NCBI GenBank assembly: GCA_051294375.1
Contig: CM119265.1
Coordinates: 12,451,866 to 12,515,865, forward strand
Direction: 5' to 3'
Origin: Paraspadella gotoi
Lineage: Eukaryota > Animalia > Chaetognatha
Length of the DNA stretch: 64,000 nt
Shown here: positions 63,339-64,000 of the stretch, in pieces
Layout of the letters: each line of letters begins with the position of its first letter
Numbering within the stretch: the stretch's first letter is position 1
Notes under the pieces: model-generated
Databases searched by the model: none
What the model was told of the DNA's origin: nothing
What the model saw: only the letters and a program-made list of their open reading frames with translations
Program-made: the position numbers and the translations under genes

Positions 63339-64000
63339 CTGGAAAAAAAAATAAAACAAAAAAAAAGTATAAAAAAACGATTTGTGTCTGACATCTAGTG
63401 GTTAAAAAAAAGAGTGAAATCGGATTTTCTATGGGAACGCCCCTCTCAAAAAACACTTGTGCAAACCGAGTTTGTTTTGTTGAAAGCTCGTTTGCTTACT
63501 CAATTAGGCTCCCTTTATAATCTTCCACTTTCTTCCCTTCGCCATTTTGTTATTTCAATTTATTTATTTTATTTTTTAGCGATGTTTCCTTTTTATAAGC
63601 ATTTATGATTAAAAAGCCTCGACGAAAGATAATAAATATTAACTCGCTTCCTCAGTATTGTTATCATTTTAGCCTTGAACGATTCTCCGTCGCTCTGGTC
63701 GTCGTCGTCGTCGTCGTCGCCTTCAGTGTCGCCGAGTTCGATGACACCGCAACGTAATACTAATAACTAATAACTAATAACTAATAACTAATAACTTCTT
63801 GTTTTCCGTTTATGTCACGGATGCTCAGCACCGTCTTTAATATTCCCTAGCCTTTACCTTCCTTCGTCGAGCCATTTACACTTTTAATTTACATTTAATA
63901 TTTCTGACTTCGAATCTCGTCGTTTTCAAGATAAAATAATGTAATCACTTTTGTGTTTTGCAAGTATCCTATTTCCCTTTTATAAACTTTCGAGAAAATA

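Noticed and set aside
63757-63796. (TAATAAC)n heptamer run as telomere-like repeat
   Set aside because: Short intronic simple repeat that does not match known telomeric motifs.

Overview
Eukaryotic (most likely invertebrate animal) genomic DNA: AT-rich short introns, GC-richer exons, many (CT/AG)n tracts and several N gaps. Recognisable genes are a 7-finger C2H2 protein, an ANKRD34-family ankyrin protein, ZMYND19, and a minus-strand alpha-arrestin (ARRDC). The arrestin's ~16.8 kb intron holds two nested genes: an orphan membrane protein and a coiled-coil/poly-Pro, possibly shootin-like protein. There are also three uncharacterised multi-exon genes. The block ~6030-21518 is repeated at ~21697-38588, and ~40593-42158 is repeated at ~42866-44450; both pairs straddle 25-N gaps and look like assembly false duplications. 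The most unusual real structure is a nested transposon. A ~0.45 kb hAT-type element sits on a splice donor and duplicates it as its 8-bp TSD; it contains a ~4 kb foldback element with >1 kb TIR arms, its own 8-bp TSD and ~143-bp subrepeats, which in turn carries a Helentron-type fragment. Other mobile DNA includes a TA-flanked Tc1/mariner MITE, a DD35E transposase remnant, two HINE/DINE-1-like elements and a palindromic MITE. I found no rRNA, tRNA or CRISPR, and cannot support a wholly new biological system from the sequence alone. Gene models were built by eye, and family calls rest on remembered motifs, not database searches.
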